Shown: positions 44,707-56,479, counted from the stretch's first letter. The stretch: 64,000 bases of DNA from Diplonema japonicum (GCA_964019335.1 OZ025704.1:450622-514621); one strand, 5' to 3'. Numbers and translations are program-made. Notes: generated by a model not told the origin, from the sequence alone.

Positions 44707-47169
44707 ATGGAAAATGCTCAGATGCAGTTGCTGACGGCACTCAGTCTTTACTTTCTTGGTGCTTCTGGCGAGATGCTGCCCGGCCTATCGGATCCCGTGC
44801 TGTACATGAATGTAGACACAAAGACGATCTTGGATCTGAATCTGAAGACAAGCGCTCCCCAGTGGAGTTTGGGTGCATGGACAGGGCTGCTAGCAGATGA
44901 GCTAAACATAGCAGACAACAGAGCAAAGGTATGGCGTATCGCAGGGGGTGCTACGGAGAGCTCCTTCCAAGTTGCAAGCAGGATCGTCAAGGAGTACGCG
45001 TCACCCGCAGTAAGGCAAGTGAAGATGGGCGTTCCACTGCATGGTGACTTTTACATAGGAAACATCGAGGGCATCTCCAAGGCAGGGCTCCGCACCATCG
45101 CGCAGCTGGCAGTCAAAGACGTGGCAGCCATGTATGGTGTGGAGCGTGAGACAGTTCATGCATTGTGCACATCGGAGACCACAGGCATCCAAGTGAGGTA
45201 CTCTGTAGACCTGAAGCACAACAACGACCCACAAGAAGTACTCACGACGTACATCAGCCACATGACACCGAAAGGATACCTCACGACATCCACCAGACAA
45301 GGTTTACTTGAAGCAATTGGTGGTGATACGACGGCGACTCTCTTAAAAAGTGAGACAACAACAAGCACCCTGACGCTCCAAGGCATTATCCTCATCTTTT
45401 TAACACCTGCGGAAATAGAGCTCTTAAGTAGGGAAGCTGCGAAGTCCATCGCCAAGGTCATAGACGTGTCGCAGGCGTCTGTGAACACTTTGATGAGAAG
45501 CGGTGTTTCCGTGTCGCATGTTGACTTCACAGTCAGCAGCGGCTCCGGGAAGACAAAGGCCGAACTTGACTCCATGCTGGCAAGCAAGCTGAACGACACC
45601 GACATAAGCAATATCCAAACACTGTGGGAACAGATGACTACTCTGGTATTCAAAGGCGCAGGTGCATCGAACAGTAGTGCTGTACTATGCCGTGGTGTAG
45701 GTTGTGAGACGGTAGGTTCCCCACCACTAGTGCAAGGCGGTGTAGGGTGGTACATATTCCCAGCCATGGACATTGAAGAAGAGCCAAACAGTAGAAATGC
45801 TTTAGAGAACTCACTGCTGCTTGACATCAGCAACCAGTACGGTGTATCTGCAACCTCTATCTCTGTTCAGTTACAAAGAAGTCAGCCGGGGAAGGCGGTG
45901 TTTTCAGTTATCTCAACCGTACCTCAAGTCCAAACAAGGGCCGACAACCTGTTCAGCACAGCTGCAGGTCTGAGTTTCCCTCTTCTTGAGCAGGCCTATG
46001 CATCTGTCCAGACGAATGGCTCAGTGGAAGTTGACAAAAATGCAAGCAGGCAGCCGGAGTTGCTGGACAGATCATACCTCTTACTTGAACCTGTGAACAA
46101 GGCAACCTTTGACGTGCAGGCGTTCCAAAGTTCAGTCATTGAGGAGATGGGTCTCGGCGACTGCAACATGTCGCCTGTTGTGACTGTTAGCAGCTATGGC
46201 GACACACAGTACCTAAAGGCAACCGTGCAGGGGTGCGAAAGGACACATACCAACGCATCTTTGATATCAGTTCAATTTACTGAGGGCACACCATCTCCCG
46301 TAGATCTTCGGTCAGCCGTGCTGTCGTCATCGCTGTGCTGCAAGGACACCTGCCTCATGGCTGTTTTCTGCACCAAGCTGGGTATCGTAAACGTGGACTT
46401 GTCCCATCTGTCGTGCCCTGCTATGAACGCTTCTCTGCACTGCCAAGCAAAAAAAGAGTGCATATGGAAGGAGGGCTCTTGTGCCACGCAGGTCCTTCCG
46501 ACACAATCTACAACAGCTGCGCCGTTGACCCCCACTCCAGACAGCAGCAACGACTTTCCTTGGTTTCTTGTAACTATCGCCGGCGGTTCTGCGTTGCTGT
46601 GTCTCATTCTACTGGCTGTAGTACTGACATGCATCAAGAAGCGGCGTGGGGGTCTAAGCATTACGAAGGCAAGAGAAGAACCAAAAGAGTTCCAAGAGTT
46701 CGCCTCACCGTCCGATATGGCCAACCCGCACCGCCTTCCTGAGAATGTGACTCCTCACTTGCATCCCATTGCACTACCAACTGTCGTTTCCCCCAGCTCT
46801 GCTCAAGGGCCTGAGACCTTGTACCCGTCGCCTCCACACAAAGTGCCCTTTCGTCTCCCGCCACCACCTGTAGCCACATCACAGGGAGTTGGCTCGGGAA
46901 GCGGTTCTCAGGGACAGGCATGGTACCCTGCGACTGAAGTCTTGTCACCTCCTCCTCTGCTCAAGGCCTTACCATTTGATCCCAATGAGACACCTGTGCC
47001 GAAGTACAAAGATGTCCTGCCAGCTTTGTCTGACGTTAATCCATTGAAGGGCATGAATCCACTTGCGATGCATGACATGACTGCAGCACGGACAACTACC
47101 CTAAGAGCACTCGATAGGCATAACCACGAGGGGGCTCCACAAGTATGTACAGAGTTTGTCAACGCGTAA
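44707..47169 (+). CDS. Type I surface membrane protein with a Cys-rich juxtamembrane module and P-rich tail
   Basis: Signal peptide, long ectodomain, TM FPWFLVTIAGG...IKKRR. Confidence 0.8.
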   Translation: MENAQMQLLTALSLYFLGASGEMLPGLSDPVLYMNVDTKTILDLNLKTSAPQWSLGAWTGLLADELNIADNRAKVWRIAGGATESSFQVASRIVKEYASPAVRQVKMGVPLHGDFYIGNIEGISKAGLRTIAQLAVKDVAAMYGVERETVHALCTSETTGIQVRYSVDLKHNNDPQEVLTTYISHMTPKGYLTTSTRQGLLEAIGGDTTATLLKSETTTSTLTLQGIILIFLTPAEIELLSREAAKSIAKVIDVSQASVNTLMRSGVSVSHVDFTVSSGSGKTKAELDSMLASKLNDTDISNIQTLWEQMTTLVFKGAGASNSSAVLCRGVGCETVGSPPLVQGGVGWYIFPAMDIEEEPNSRNALENSLLLDISNQYGVSATSISVQLQRSQPGKAVFSVISTVPQVQTRADNLFSTAAGLSFPLLEQAYASVQTNGSVEVDKNASRQPELLDRSYLLLEPVNKATFDVQAFQSSVIEEMGLGDCNMSPVVTVSSYGDTQYLKATVQGCERTHTNASLISVQFTEGTPSPVDLRSAVLSSSLCCKDTCLMAVFCTKLGIVNVDLSHLSCPAMNASLHCQAKKECIWKEGSCATQVLPTQSTTAAPLTPTPDSSNDFPWFLVTIAGGSALLCLILLAVVLTCIKKRRGGLSITKAREEPKEFQEFASPSDMANPHRLPENVTPHLHPIALPTVVSPSSAQGPETLYPSPPHKVPFRLPPPPVATSQGVGSGSGSQGQAWYPATEVLSPPPLLKALPFDPNETPVPKYKDVLPALSDVNPLKGMNPLAMHDMTAARTTTLRALDRHNHEGAPQVCTEFVNA

Positions 47170-47324
47170 TGCACCACAGTTAGCATTGAAGATAGATGAG
47201 CTTGATCTCAGCGTTTAGATTAGATTGTTAGCACATTGTGCATATTGCTTGTTAAAAAGTAGATTAGTCCATACTTTACGTTCGTGCATCGCTCATTAAC
47301 ATACTCGAATAGGTTTGGTATGAC

Positions 47325-48203
47325 ATGTCGGTTTGGACTTCACGGAATGCTTCTGTCACACCGTCTGTTGCTTTAAGGAGTGAGTCATATGGCTGCGGTG
47401 ATGATGCAGGAAGGACAGATGGTATTAGACTTAGCTCGGCTAGAGTACGCAGGAGTGAGAGTGTGGAGGAGCGGTCTGGTTTGTCGGTTCTGACAGAAGA
47501 GCGTGACCGTTTGCAGTGGGAATTGGGCCAAGCAAAGCAAAAGTTGAAGCTCGCACGTCCAAGCACAGAGCACAGCGCGGTGGATGTGATCGGTGAGCTG
47601 CGTGCGTGTGTTGCTGGAGCACGGAAGGACATCCAGACATGCAACAGTAACAAGTCAAACCTCCGCCTGACGAGGGCTGACGAGATGTTGTACACTGCTT
47701 CCAAGGAGCTAACAAGGCTGGGTGAGACGTGCCAAGACCAGAATATCAAGAACACAGAACTTTTCCAAGAGTTAACTGAGCAAGTACAGGACGAAGAAGA
47801 GCGGCGAATTGAGGTCTCCGAACAGCTTAAGCGCCTCATCGGCAGCACAACAAGCTATCTCGGCGAGATTAGGCAATGCCTTGAAGCACAGCCTTTACCT
47901 CCCCCAATGCCACTGCCCGTGGGTCCCCCTGTTTACAACGCCCAGGACACCAGTGAAGCCGATACAGATAGGGCAAAGCTTGCAGCTGTCAAGCAGAAAA
48001 TCAGCAGCCTCCAGGCCATGGCCAAACGCCAAGGGATAAAGTCGCCCATACTTAGGCAAACAAGTGCGCCTTTGGCATCTATTAGCCCAAACACAGTCAG
48101 GTGGACCGCCCACCCTGCTCACCTGCACCCAGCTCAAGCTCAACCAGTGACCGCCGTTCCTTGGGATCCTAGGTCGCCACCTTTGTTTATAGAACGAGAT
48201 TAG
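47325..48203 (+). CDS. Hypothetical coiled-coil protein
   Basis: 292-aa ORF in the same-strand cluster. Confidence 0.65.
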   Translation: MSVWTSRNASVTPSVALRSESYGCGDDAGRTDGIRLSSARVRRSESVEERSGLSVLTEERDRLQWELGQAKQKLKLARPSTEHSAVDVIGELRACVAGARKDIQTCNSNKSNLRLTRADEMLYTASKELTRLGETCQDQNIKNTELFQELTEQVQDEEERRIEVSEQLKRLIGSTTSYLGEIRQCLEAQPLPPPMPLPVGPPVYNAQDTSEADTDRAKLAAVKQKISSLQAMAKRQGIKSPILRQTSAPLASISPNTVRWTAHPAHLHPAQAQPVTAVPWDPRSPPLFIERD

Positions 48204-48274
48204 ATAGATGTAACACTTTTGTTTCTTTTTTATATCACACCGTTCACACCGCACTTTACAACAGCAGAGATAAA

Positions 48275-49378
48275 ATGGACGACAAGACAGAAGTGAAGGA
48301 CGAAGCTGAAAAAGAGAATGAGAAAGGCGATGAAGAGCAGTCGGAGGAGAAAGACGAGGAGTACTATGAAGGGGAGAAACGTGACGGAAAGAAAAATGGT
48401 AGGGGGAGGCTGGTTTTCAAGTACGGGGTGTACGAGGGGAACTGGGAGAACGATATGATGAGCGGGGTGGGAAAGCTTGAGCTGAATACAGGGAATGTGT
48501 ACGAAGGGCAGTTCAAACTGAATAAATTTGAGGGCTCGGGGAAACTCCGATGGAAGAACGGGAAGATGTACGTGGGGGAAATGAAGAACGGGAATATGTG
48601 CGGACGGGGCGTGATGACAAGTGAGGACGGGGAGTATGATGGGCATTTCTTCGACAACGACTACTACGGGCACGGGAGAATGACCTTTACAAACGGGTGT
48701 GTGTACGAAGGGGAGTGGAAACTTGGGATGATGTGGGGCGAGGGGAGGCTGCAGACAGGAGCCGGGGTGATCTTCGAGGGCGAGTTCTACAAAAACCAGA
48801 AGCATGGGAAGGTGCTGCGGACAGATGCAAGGAATCAGTATAGTGAGATCTACAACAGGGACAATATGGAAACGTCGTTCAAGCTGAAAAAGAGCTCGAA
48901 AGGTAGTGTTGGCAAGTTCTTGTCAAAGGTGACGAACGCTGGGAAGTCAAAAGAAGAAAAGTCAGCCACGTTGTTTAACCGGCCAAAGCAGACAAAGGTA
49001 AGGTATGCCTGTACAGTGCCACACCGCATCTAGGAGGAGGTTGCAAAGCAGCTGGACAAACGTGCTAAGAACAACCAGTACCACAAGGGAGAGTCTCAGC
49101 GCTCTGGCTACTCTTCACGTGCGAAGTCACCTCCCGGCGCCCTTTCCTGCCCCGATCCGAAATCGAAAGAAGAGGCCAAACCTGAGGTATGAACAGGGAT
49201 ATTGGTTTTATTTATCACACAGGCAAAGGCGAAACAAGAACCGGCAGTTACATCTCCTCAGCAGACCAAGTATGATTTCCCTTGCTAAAGCATGTACAAC
49301 AGTATCGCACCACCACCGCTGCCCCCGTGTCCCCCTCCGCCCTCGGATCATTTCGTTTCCTTACAACAAAAGTCTTGA
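48275..49378 (+). CDS. MORN-repeat protein; introns 48998-49033, 49187-49222, 49270-49302
   Basis: About seven YEGxW/FxxxxxxGxG repeats. Three small GT-AG introns extend the frame to TGA 49376-49378. Confidence 0.85.
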
Positions 49379-50315
49379 GAAACTTAACCAATAGACAACC
49401 CTTATTTTATTGACCCTTTTGAGTCGCATATTTGGGATTCGCGAAAGCCCCAAGATATAATGCTAGCGAGACGCGACGCTGGCCCTAAATCGGGCGCAAC
49501 AACAAAAGGATATCTTGTTATGACAACTACAATGAGCCCCTCTTAGGGTACAGCCATGAGGAAGCCTCCCGGAATTATTTCTTCGAGACACTACTAGCAG
49601 GAAACCCACCTTGATGCCAAAAGGGCTGGCTTCAGGACATATTTACTCCGTGCCGCAAGTTGTGCCAAAAGTAGGACCCAGGCTGTAGGTGAGGGTAGCA
49701 AAGGCGGTTTTTTTTAATATAAATCTTGTCTTCATTCAGTTTATTATCCTTTGCTTTCAAATATAGTCTTAAAAGAGAGTAAAGAAAAGACAAGAAAAAC
49801 TACCCCGAAGGAAAAGAAATGTAATAAATGTGTACAGTAAGAACAGGAAGAGAAGGAATAAAACATGAGTGTCAAGGTAGGGATCGTTGAGTGTCCAAAG
49901 GTCCTTGGCTTGCTCGGTCTTGCTCCATTTGTTTTGGGATTGTTTCTCAGATTTCGGAAAGGTCGCCTTCTCGCCAGCCTTTCTCAACAATTTTTTTTTC
50001 TGTAAAGATTTTTCTTTTTTGTGGGCCATTGCTAACACTTCTCCCCCATCAATAGTGATATTTATTTACTTTCGGAGTACTTACTCATGTAGTGTTTATT
50101 TTTTTATGTTTTTTTGTCTTTTCTGTTTTTTCGTCTCAGATAAGTCGCTGAAGAATTTAATTTTCTTGATAGTGTCCCGGGAGGGGATGTGGGGAAGGAG
50201 AGGAAAAAAAGCTTATTTCATAGATGGTTTGTTACAACGTTATCGATGAACTATTCTTTGGTGATAGTTAAGGCATGCGTCATAACACACTATGCATGGC
50301 ACACTATGTTTATCG

Positions 50316-50549
50316 GGAAAACCACCGTTTTCAGCAGTTTTTTGTAGTTTCATTTCCGGTTTAAAATGCTTTTTATCTTTTCTATAGCTCTAAGTTCCGT
50401 GACCTTGGAACTAGTGGATGCCTTGGCTCTATGGGGTGGAATGAAACTATATTCATGGCAAGCTATACGGTTTCGGCAATAGGGAAAAACAGCTAAAGGT
50501 TACGAGCACAGTTACTTCTTGAAATGCTAACTGAAAACGTAGGTTTTCC
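50316..50549. mobile_element. MITE-like element with about 19-bp imperfect terminal inverted repeats
   Basis: GGAAAACCACCGTTTTCAG ... CTGAAAACGTAGGTTTTCC, non-coding interior. Confidence 0.55.
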
Positions 50550-50563
50550 ATGTTTTGTTTATT

Positions 50564-50625
50564 GGTGCAGGTAGAGCATGAGAACAAGGGGGCGTCTCAC
50601 AAAGACTTCCTTTAACTCATATATA
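50564..50625 (+). mobile_element. Third copy of the LINE 3'-end repeat
   Basis: GGTGCAGGTAGAGCATGAGAACAAGGGGGCGTCTCACAAAGACTTCCTTTAACTCATATATA, flanked by a possible TTTATT target-site duplication. Confidence 0.6.
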
Positions 50626-50925
50626 TTTATTTTTTATTATGTTTTTTTACGTCCCTTTATTTCTTCCTTTTCTTTTTGCTGTGGTTCTCTTCCCTCCCCT
50701 TTATTTTACTCCTCATGTCTCAATAGTATTCGAAGGTCAAGGTGTCACTTCCAAGGAGCGCGACACGACGTTTAACACGGGTGAGTTGCGACACTTTAGA
50801 GATCTGAGGGATAAAATACGGTTTGTAGTCGCCGTTCTGGTTTGTTCAACACCTTCTTTTCCCTCTTTTTTTTTCTAGTTTTTGAAGAACTCTTGCACTC
50901 AATACCTTCGTACCTTAGGATTGAC

Positions 50926-52023
50926 ATGACTGCCGCATGTTCCTATCGTACGAACCCCAAGGGCACATGGAGGAACAGGATCGCAAAATTGTATGACGAC
51001 AACTTCCACACCAAGTGGTATGCTTTGGCTCAGCCCGTTATCGCATTGCAGGTTCTCCGATCCATCGGCAAAGGCGACGCGGAATAAGTACCGGCAGCTG
51101 CTCTCAGAAGCGAGCCGCAGCAGCGGCACACATGAGGTACGTCTACACATTTGCTTACAGCACGCAGCCACTGATGAACACGCTCATCCGGGGCGACTAC
51201 TATGGAAAAGAGGGGCGGCTGGAAGGAAAGGCACTCGGCAAGCAAAAGCCATTCGGCATAGTTGCCAAGAACAAACTCCTGCAGGTATGCCAAAGCATGA
51301 CACATGCATGCCGCACAGGGGCAGTCGAGGCTAAACTTGTCTCAGAAACGGCAAATAGCGAAGTACCTTCATGCTCGCAAGCAGCACACTCCACAGAATA
51401 AAATTGATTCTAACATTCGAGAACGACTTGCACAGCAAGAGACGGACTACTGGAGCACCTTAGATGGCCTGAACAGGAAGAGGCGTATTAATTTCCACAA
51501 AGCCTCTAGCTTCGGTGACGGGAGGTGCTCACCCGTCGCCCTCGCCATGACCGACTGCTCCAACGGCGCCAACACATTTGGCACTAAAAGGACAGTGCTG
51601 CCCGCTGCATGTGTAGAACCCCTCGACCCACCTGACGAGAGTGCTGAGCTGAATGAGATCAAGATGGACATGCTCACACCTCCCGGAACGCCACCTGGGT
51701 CACCCAGTGAGGCAAGGGCCAGCATAGGGGGGAGAAAGGGGAAGAACTTAGCAAGAGTTCTTGAAGATGCGAGGCATATAAAAGAAGGCGGCGAGCAGGA
51801 GTTGTGTGCTGCAGAAGAGAAGAAAAAGATGCGAAAGGCATATGATCACGTTTCTACAAATAACAAATCCATCATTCAAGACTCAGTGGGCACCCTTGCA
51901 AGAGACAAACACCACTACATAGGGATCACCGACCACAGCCACCGTGCAACGTGGACGAACCCCTCACAATACGCAGACCAGCGTGTTCCCATCATCCCGT
52001 ACGAGCAGCCACGCGGCTTATAG
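50926..52023 (+). CDS. Hypothetical protein, 4 exons (introns 51018-51051, 51137-51167, 51285-51318)
   Basis: Three 31-34-nt GTAYG...CAG introns connect four overlapping ORFs into one frame. Confidence 0.65.
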
Positions 52024-52105
52024 CATATCGTGTCTTTACAGAGCGATTTTAACTTTTAAACAGTATATTTGTGGCAGTGTGGCTCAGCAGGTACTTCCAC
52101 AGGTA

Positions 52106-53203
52106 ATGAGGCGAGTTGTGCAGGACGTGCAATTCGAGGTCTTGTGGCACACGCCCGTCGATGTATTGCTGAGGAACGAAAGCTACAGGAGATTCAAATG
52201 TAGATGGAACTCGCTTGCTGAGGCGAAACGAAAGGAGTACCGCGAGACGTGGGGCACGTGCGATGGGCCTGAGGAGTGGGCGTTGAACTGTTGGAAAGAT
52301 AAAGACTTTGATGCTTCTTATAAATTGGGGACGACTCATGTTGTTAAGATGAGAGCCGCGAGCAACTCAACTGTCACACACGGAGTGCTGCAGCCGAGGG
52401 ATGACTACGTGGTTCTTGATCGGGAGGGGGACTTTTACAAGATCATTAGGATAGTAGATGGATTGATTGGATATATTAAAATAAAATACGCAGAGGTCCA
52501 AAAACAGTTGACCTGCATCTCTGACACCCCAGCCTCCTCGTGGCACAAAGACGACGGCTTTGACATCCCTAGCCTGACGTGCTACAATATGCCTGCACGT
52601 TTGGAGCAGCTTCTCATGCTGCGTGTGCAGCTCATTGATTCAGAAGAGGGCTGGATCTCGGGGCAAGCCTTTAAGAGGGACATTTCTAAAGAAGGTCGAA
52701 TGGTGAACTACGGTGCAAAGATTGGAAAGGAAATCCTTGACGAGCGGTGCTCGTACCCATTCCACCCCTTGACAGAGCACATCATGCGCCTGCTGAATTA
52801 CCCCTTAGACTTTTCCGAACCCTGGCGAAGAGTGAATGTGACGTGGAACAGGTACAAAGTTGGCGACGGCACGGCACCCCATAAGAATTGGGTTGGGCTC
52901 GAGAGACATATGTACCTTCACTTTGGCACGGGGAACTGTAGGTACTCATTCTTTACAAGAGATAAAGAAGAAGTGCAATCAAGGAGAGTCCAGAAAATGA
53001 TAATGTTCCTTGGTGTGGCGGTCGACAGGTACTTACATAGTGTTTCTGATGTGCGCGACGGAGTGCATTACAGCATGGTGGTGCGGACTGTAACCGACAA
53101 TTGGAGAGAGTGGTCAAGCTACAAGCAAAATGGGTTTGAACGAGAAGATGAAGAGGACAAAGGCGAATTAAGAATTATGCCTCAGAGCGAAGAGGCTGAG
53201 TGA
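52106..53203 (+). CDS. SH3-like + divergent AlkB-family 2OG-Fe(II) dioxygenase-like protein
   Basis: VKMRAASNS...YVVLDREGDFYKI...GYIK (SH3b-like). NVTWNRYKVGDGTAPHKN...YLHSV...HYSMVVRT is an AlkB layout with HxD changed to HxN. Confidence 0.6.
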   Translation: MRRVVQDVQFEVLWHTPVDVLLRNESYRRFKCRWNSLAEAKRKEYRETWGTCDGPEEWALNCWKDKDFDASYKLGTTHVVKMRAASNSTVTHGVLQPRDDYVVLDREGDFYKIIRIVDGLIGYIKIKYAEVQKQLTCISDTPASSWHKDDGFDIPSLTCYNMPARLEQLLMLRVQLIDSEEGWISGQAFKRDISKEGRMVNYGAKIGKEILDERCSYPFHPLTEHIMRLLNYPLDFSEPWRRVNVTWNRYKVGDGTAPHKNWVGLERHMYLHFGTGNCRYSFFTRDKEEVQSRRVQKMIMFLGVAVDRYLHSVSDVRDGVHYSMVVRTVTDNWREWSSYKQNGFEREDEEDKGELRIMPQSEEAE

Positions 53204-53255
53204 TATATCTTTTCATTATGAGGGAACTTGCTACATATATCAGGGGAGGGAGAAC

Positions 53256-56015
53256 ATGTCGTTTATGTGGAAGGTATTCACGCCTGTGTTGAGTAAGACA
53301 ATCAAGCGGCTTGAGGACAATGATGCTACGTTAACAGAAGTGCAATGTGACGGGACTTCTGTTACAAGGGAGTCGCTGAAGCAGGTTTGCAATGCTATAA
53401 AGAAGGGTCCCATTCATTGGATTGTGAGTTTCAAGCTTGCGCGATGCAACATCAGCGAGTCTGCTTTGAGGGAGGTCATGCATCTATTTGAACCCTCGCA
53501 GACGCTGACGACGTTTGATTTAGAATGGTGTAATTTGAAGAACCGTGGCGCTGCCATGGTCTGCAGCTCTCTCGCTAAGATCAGCACCCTTACGCGGCTC
53601 TCCTTTGCTGGGAATGACTTAACAACAGTCGATCCAATTACAAAGCTGCTGTCGCAAAGCTCTCTCCGAATGCTGAACCTCTCAAATAACAAACTTGGCA
53701 AACACGGCGACGGCGAAGTAATACTGCTCGCAGAGTCTCTGTGCGATAACATGTTGCTGACTTCATTGGATTTAGCAAGCAACGACATTGGGATGGACTT
53801 CGTGGACTCTATGTCTGATGTTTTGTTCCGGAATTTCTCTCTGACGCAGATCAAACTGAACGGGAACATCAAGATCAGCAGGATCAAGGGCAGCTTGGAT
53901 AGCATCAATATATCTCTTCAGAAGAATAAGGCAGACACTGCCACCGTACATCGAGGCATTGAAGCACGTGATGTGACAGAAACTTCAAACCACAGCACCC
54001 CAAATGATCTTCATCTCGAAGAAGAGCGGCAGAAGGAGCAGGAGAAATTCGACATCCTGCCGCTACAGCGAGACCCCGTGGTGCGGAAGCAAGACTTGGA
54101 ACAGACTATAAAAGGTCTCCGTGAACAGTTGGCAAAGAGCAACACCGAAGTGGAACAACTCACTGAGGAACTTGACAAGGAAATAAAGGCGCATGCACTG
54201 AGCGAGCTTGGGCACGAAGAATCGATTCAAACGTTCACTGAAAAAATCGTGGAGATGGAACAGAGACACGAGAACCAATTAGCAGTAGTGAAGGCAGACG
54301 CGGAAGTTCCTGTGAAAGCAGCTCCGTCGGCACTAGCGCTGCAGCTTGCGGAGGAGCATTACAGAATGAACATGCTTGATGGGTCGTTTAGAGAATCCTT
54401 GAAGGGTTCGTTTGAGAGTAACCATGGCTCAGACATTGGGCAGGACAGGTTCCATCAAGAGTTGGATGCTTTGATGGCGAAGCTTAAGAGTGACGGCACT
54501 GGAGACAACATGAACGGGCTTCGGGAGGTGCTGCGACTCATCGACAAGAGCTCTTCCACTTTCTTCGAGTCACAGGTGGCAACCATGTCCTCTGAGATCA
54601 ACACTATTATGGCGCATCGGGCAGACGTGATAGATGACGTCGACACAAGCGAGAAAGACCTCACGATAAAACACCTCGAACAGAAGTTAGCCGCAGCTGA
54701 AGAGCAGAAGTTGGCTGCAGAAGAGTTGTGCACGACAGAAGGTAAAGAGCCAAATTCGTCAGGCCAGCATGAGGCGGCACTGAAGAAGCTGAAGGACGAA
54801 TCAACCGCAATGCAGACTGACTTGATGCAAAATATCGGAAACCTAAAAGCAAAGCTCACATTGAAGGAAAAGACAAATGCGACACTTCTTGCCAACGAGA
54901 GCAAGCACCTTGAGACAATAGCTAGTCTTCGAGAGGAGGTAAACGAAGTGAGCACAGAGAAGGATAAGCTAAACGGTGTGGCCGCGAAGCTTAACGCAAT
55001 CTTGGCTGATGAGGGAATGAAACTTTCTGAGTCTCGGGACCAGCTTGCTGCTAAAAAGGTGTGATTCAAGAAACAAACAAAACACATGAACAGGAAGAAC
55101 TGTGCACACGTGACGCCGAAATGTCGGAGCTGCAAAATGAAATTGTTCGCCAGACGGAAGAAATCGCAAAACTGACGGCCACGAATAAAACGGTATGATG
55201 ATGTTAGAACATAAACTCAAAGCAGCTGGACAAGGAGAAGACACGTGTAGAGGTGGAACTGCACAGGTTCATCAAGGAGAGTGATGCAAAGGTACAAGAT
55301 AAGATAAATAAAGATAAATTACAATTACAGCGAGAGAAGCTTGAGCGGAAGCTAAAGGAAAAAGAAACCAGCCTGAGCTCCACAGCAAACAAGCTGAACG
55401 AGATGCAGGAGTTAAACGATCAGGTGTGCATGTTGTACAAAGGTGAGGTTTTACTCAGTTTTCGTCGCAAATAAAGAAGCTCCAAAAAGAAGAAGGGAAC
55501 TACCTGAACAAGCTAGACGAAATGCGGCAGGTGCGTAACGAGTACGACACCGACATGAAAGATTTGCAGAAGAATTTGGAAGAACAGCAGAAGTCTTTCG
55601 AGTTACAGGCAGCTGAAAAGGATAAATGTATCAAGGAGCTAGAGGTATGGTGAGGTTGCTTCTGTAATATTTCTTAGGGGAAGCTTCAAACGAAAGAGGC
55701 TATAAGCAGGGCAGAGGCACAGCAGGACATTGACAGTTCGTCGGAATCAGAAGATGAAAAAGAACAGCCTCAAGGCATGCCCACCGAAAACTGGGTGCAG
55801 TCAGCAGATGTCAAAGTATGTTGCATCATGCTCACGACTCACAACAAACACAGACATGCATTAAGTGCAGCAACAGGTTCACGTTTAAGAACCGAAGACA
55901 CCACTGCAGAAGATGTGGCAACGTATTTTGCGGAAAATGTTGTCGCAAGTCCCCCCTTACCGACAATAAAAGAGTTTGTATCGATTGTAACACGACAGGC
56001 CGACCTACCCGTTAG
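53256..56015 (+). CDS. RNI-like LRR + coiled-coil + C-terminal FYVE protein; introns 55059-55093, 55193-55222/5, 55424-55458, 55645-55677, 55816-55853
   Basis: LxxLxLxxNxI repeats. Spliced end NWVQSADVK/TCIKC..FTFKNRRHHCRRCGNVFC...RVC is a FYVE domain. Confidence 0.85.
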
Positions 56016-56479
56016 GCCGCCTTTTCTATCTTTCCTTATATTTTGAGCGTTAGTCGCGTATTAGTAACGTGTTTATTTTTCTTTTCGTAATTTATTTTGT
56101 CAGAATTAATTTCTTACTGGCAGAGCGTACAATGTGAAGTGGTAAGAAAGGCGCGACGTTTGCTGTTCGGGTTGGCCCCAATGGGAAAAAAACCGGTAGA
56201 GTTTAGAGTAGTAAGCGCAAACACCTTCCAACTGTTGCATTCAACCTTGAAGAAAAAAGGAAGCTAGATTTGCTGAAAAAAAGGAATAATAAGACGGGAA
56301 GGAGCCAGGCGCACCCGTCTTGTTTCAATTGAAGAGCCTTTCTAGGCGACGGCTGCAAACAATGAAAATGAATTTGGCCTCTAAAATTACTTTTCCCCAA
56401 AATAAAAAAGGAAAAAAGAAAAAAAAAGTCACACACTACAAAGGTTTACACCATCCCTTCTCACACCCCCTTCCTACCG

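Noticed and set aside
49440-49630. RNase MRP RNA (GAAAGCCCC and GGGGCTCATT-like motifs)
   Set aside because: The best CR-I-like and CR-V-like motifs are on opposite strands, so the P4 helix cannot be supported.
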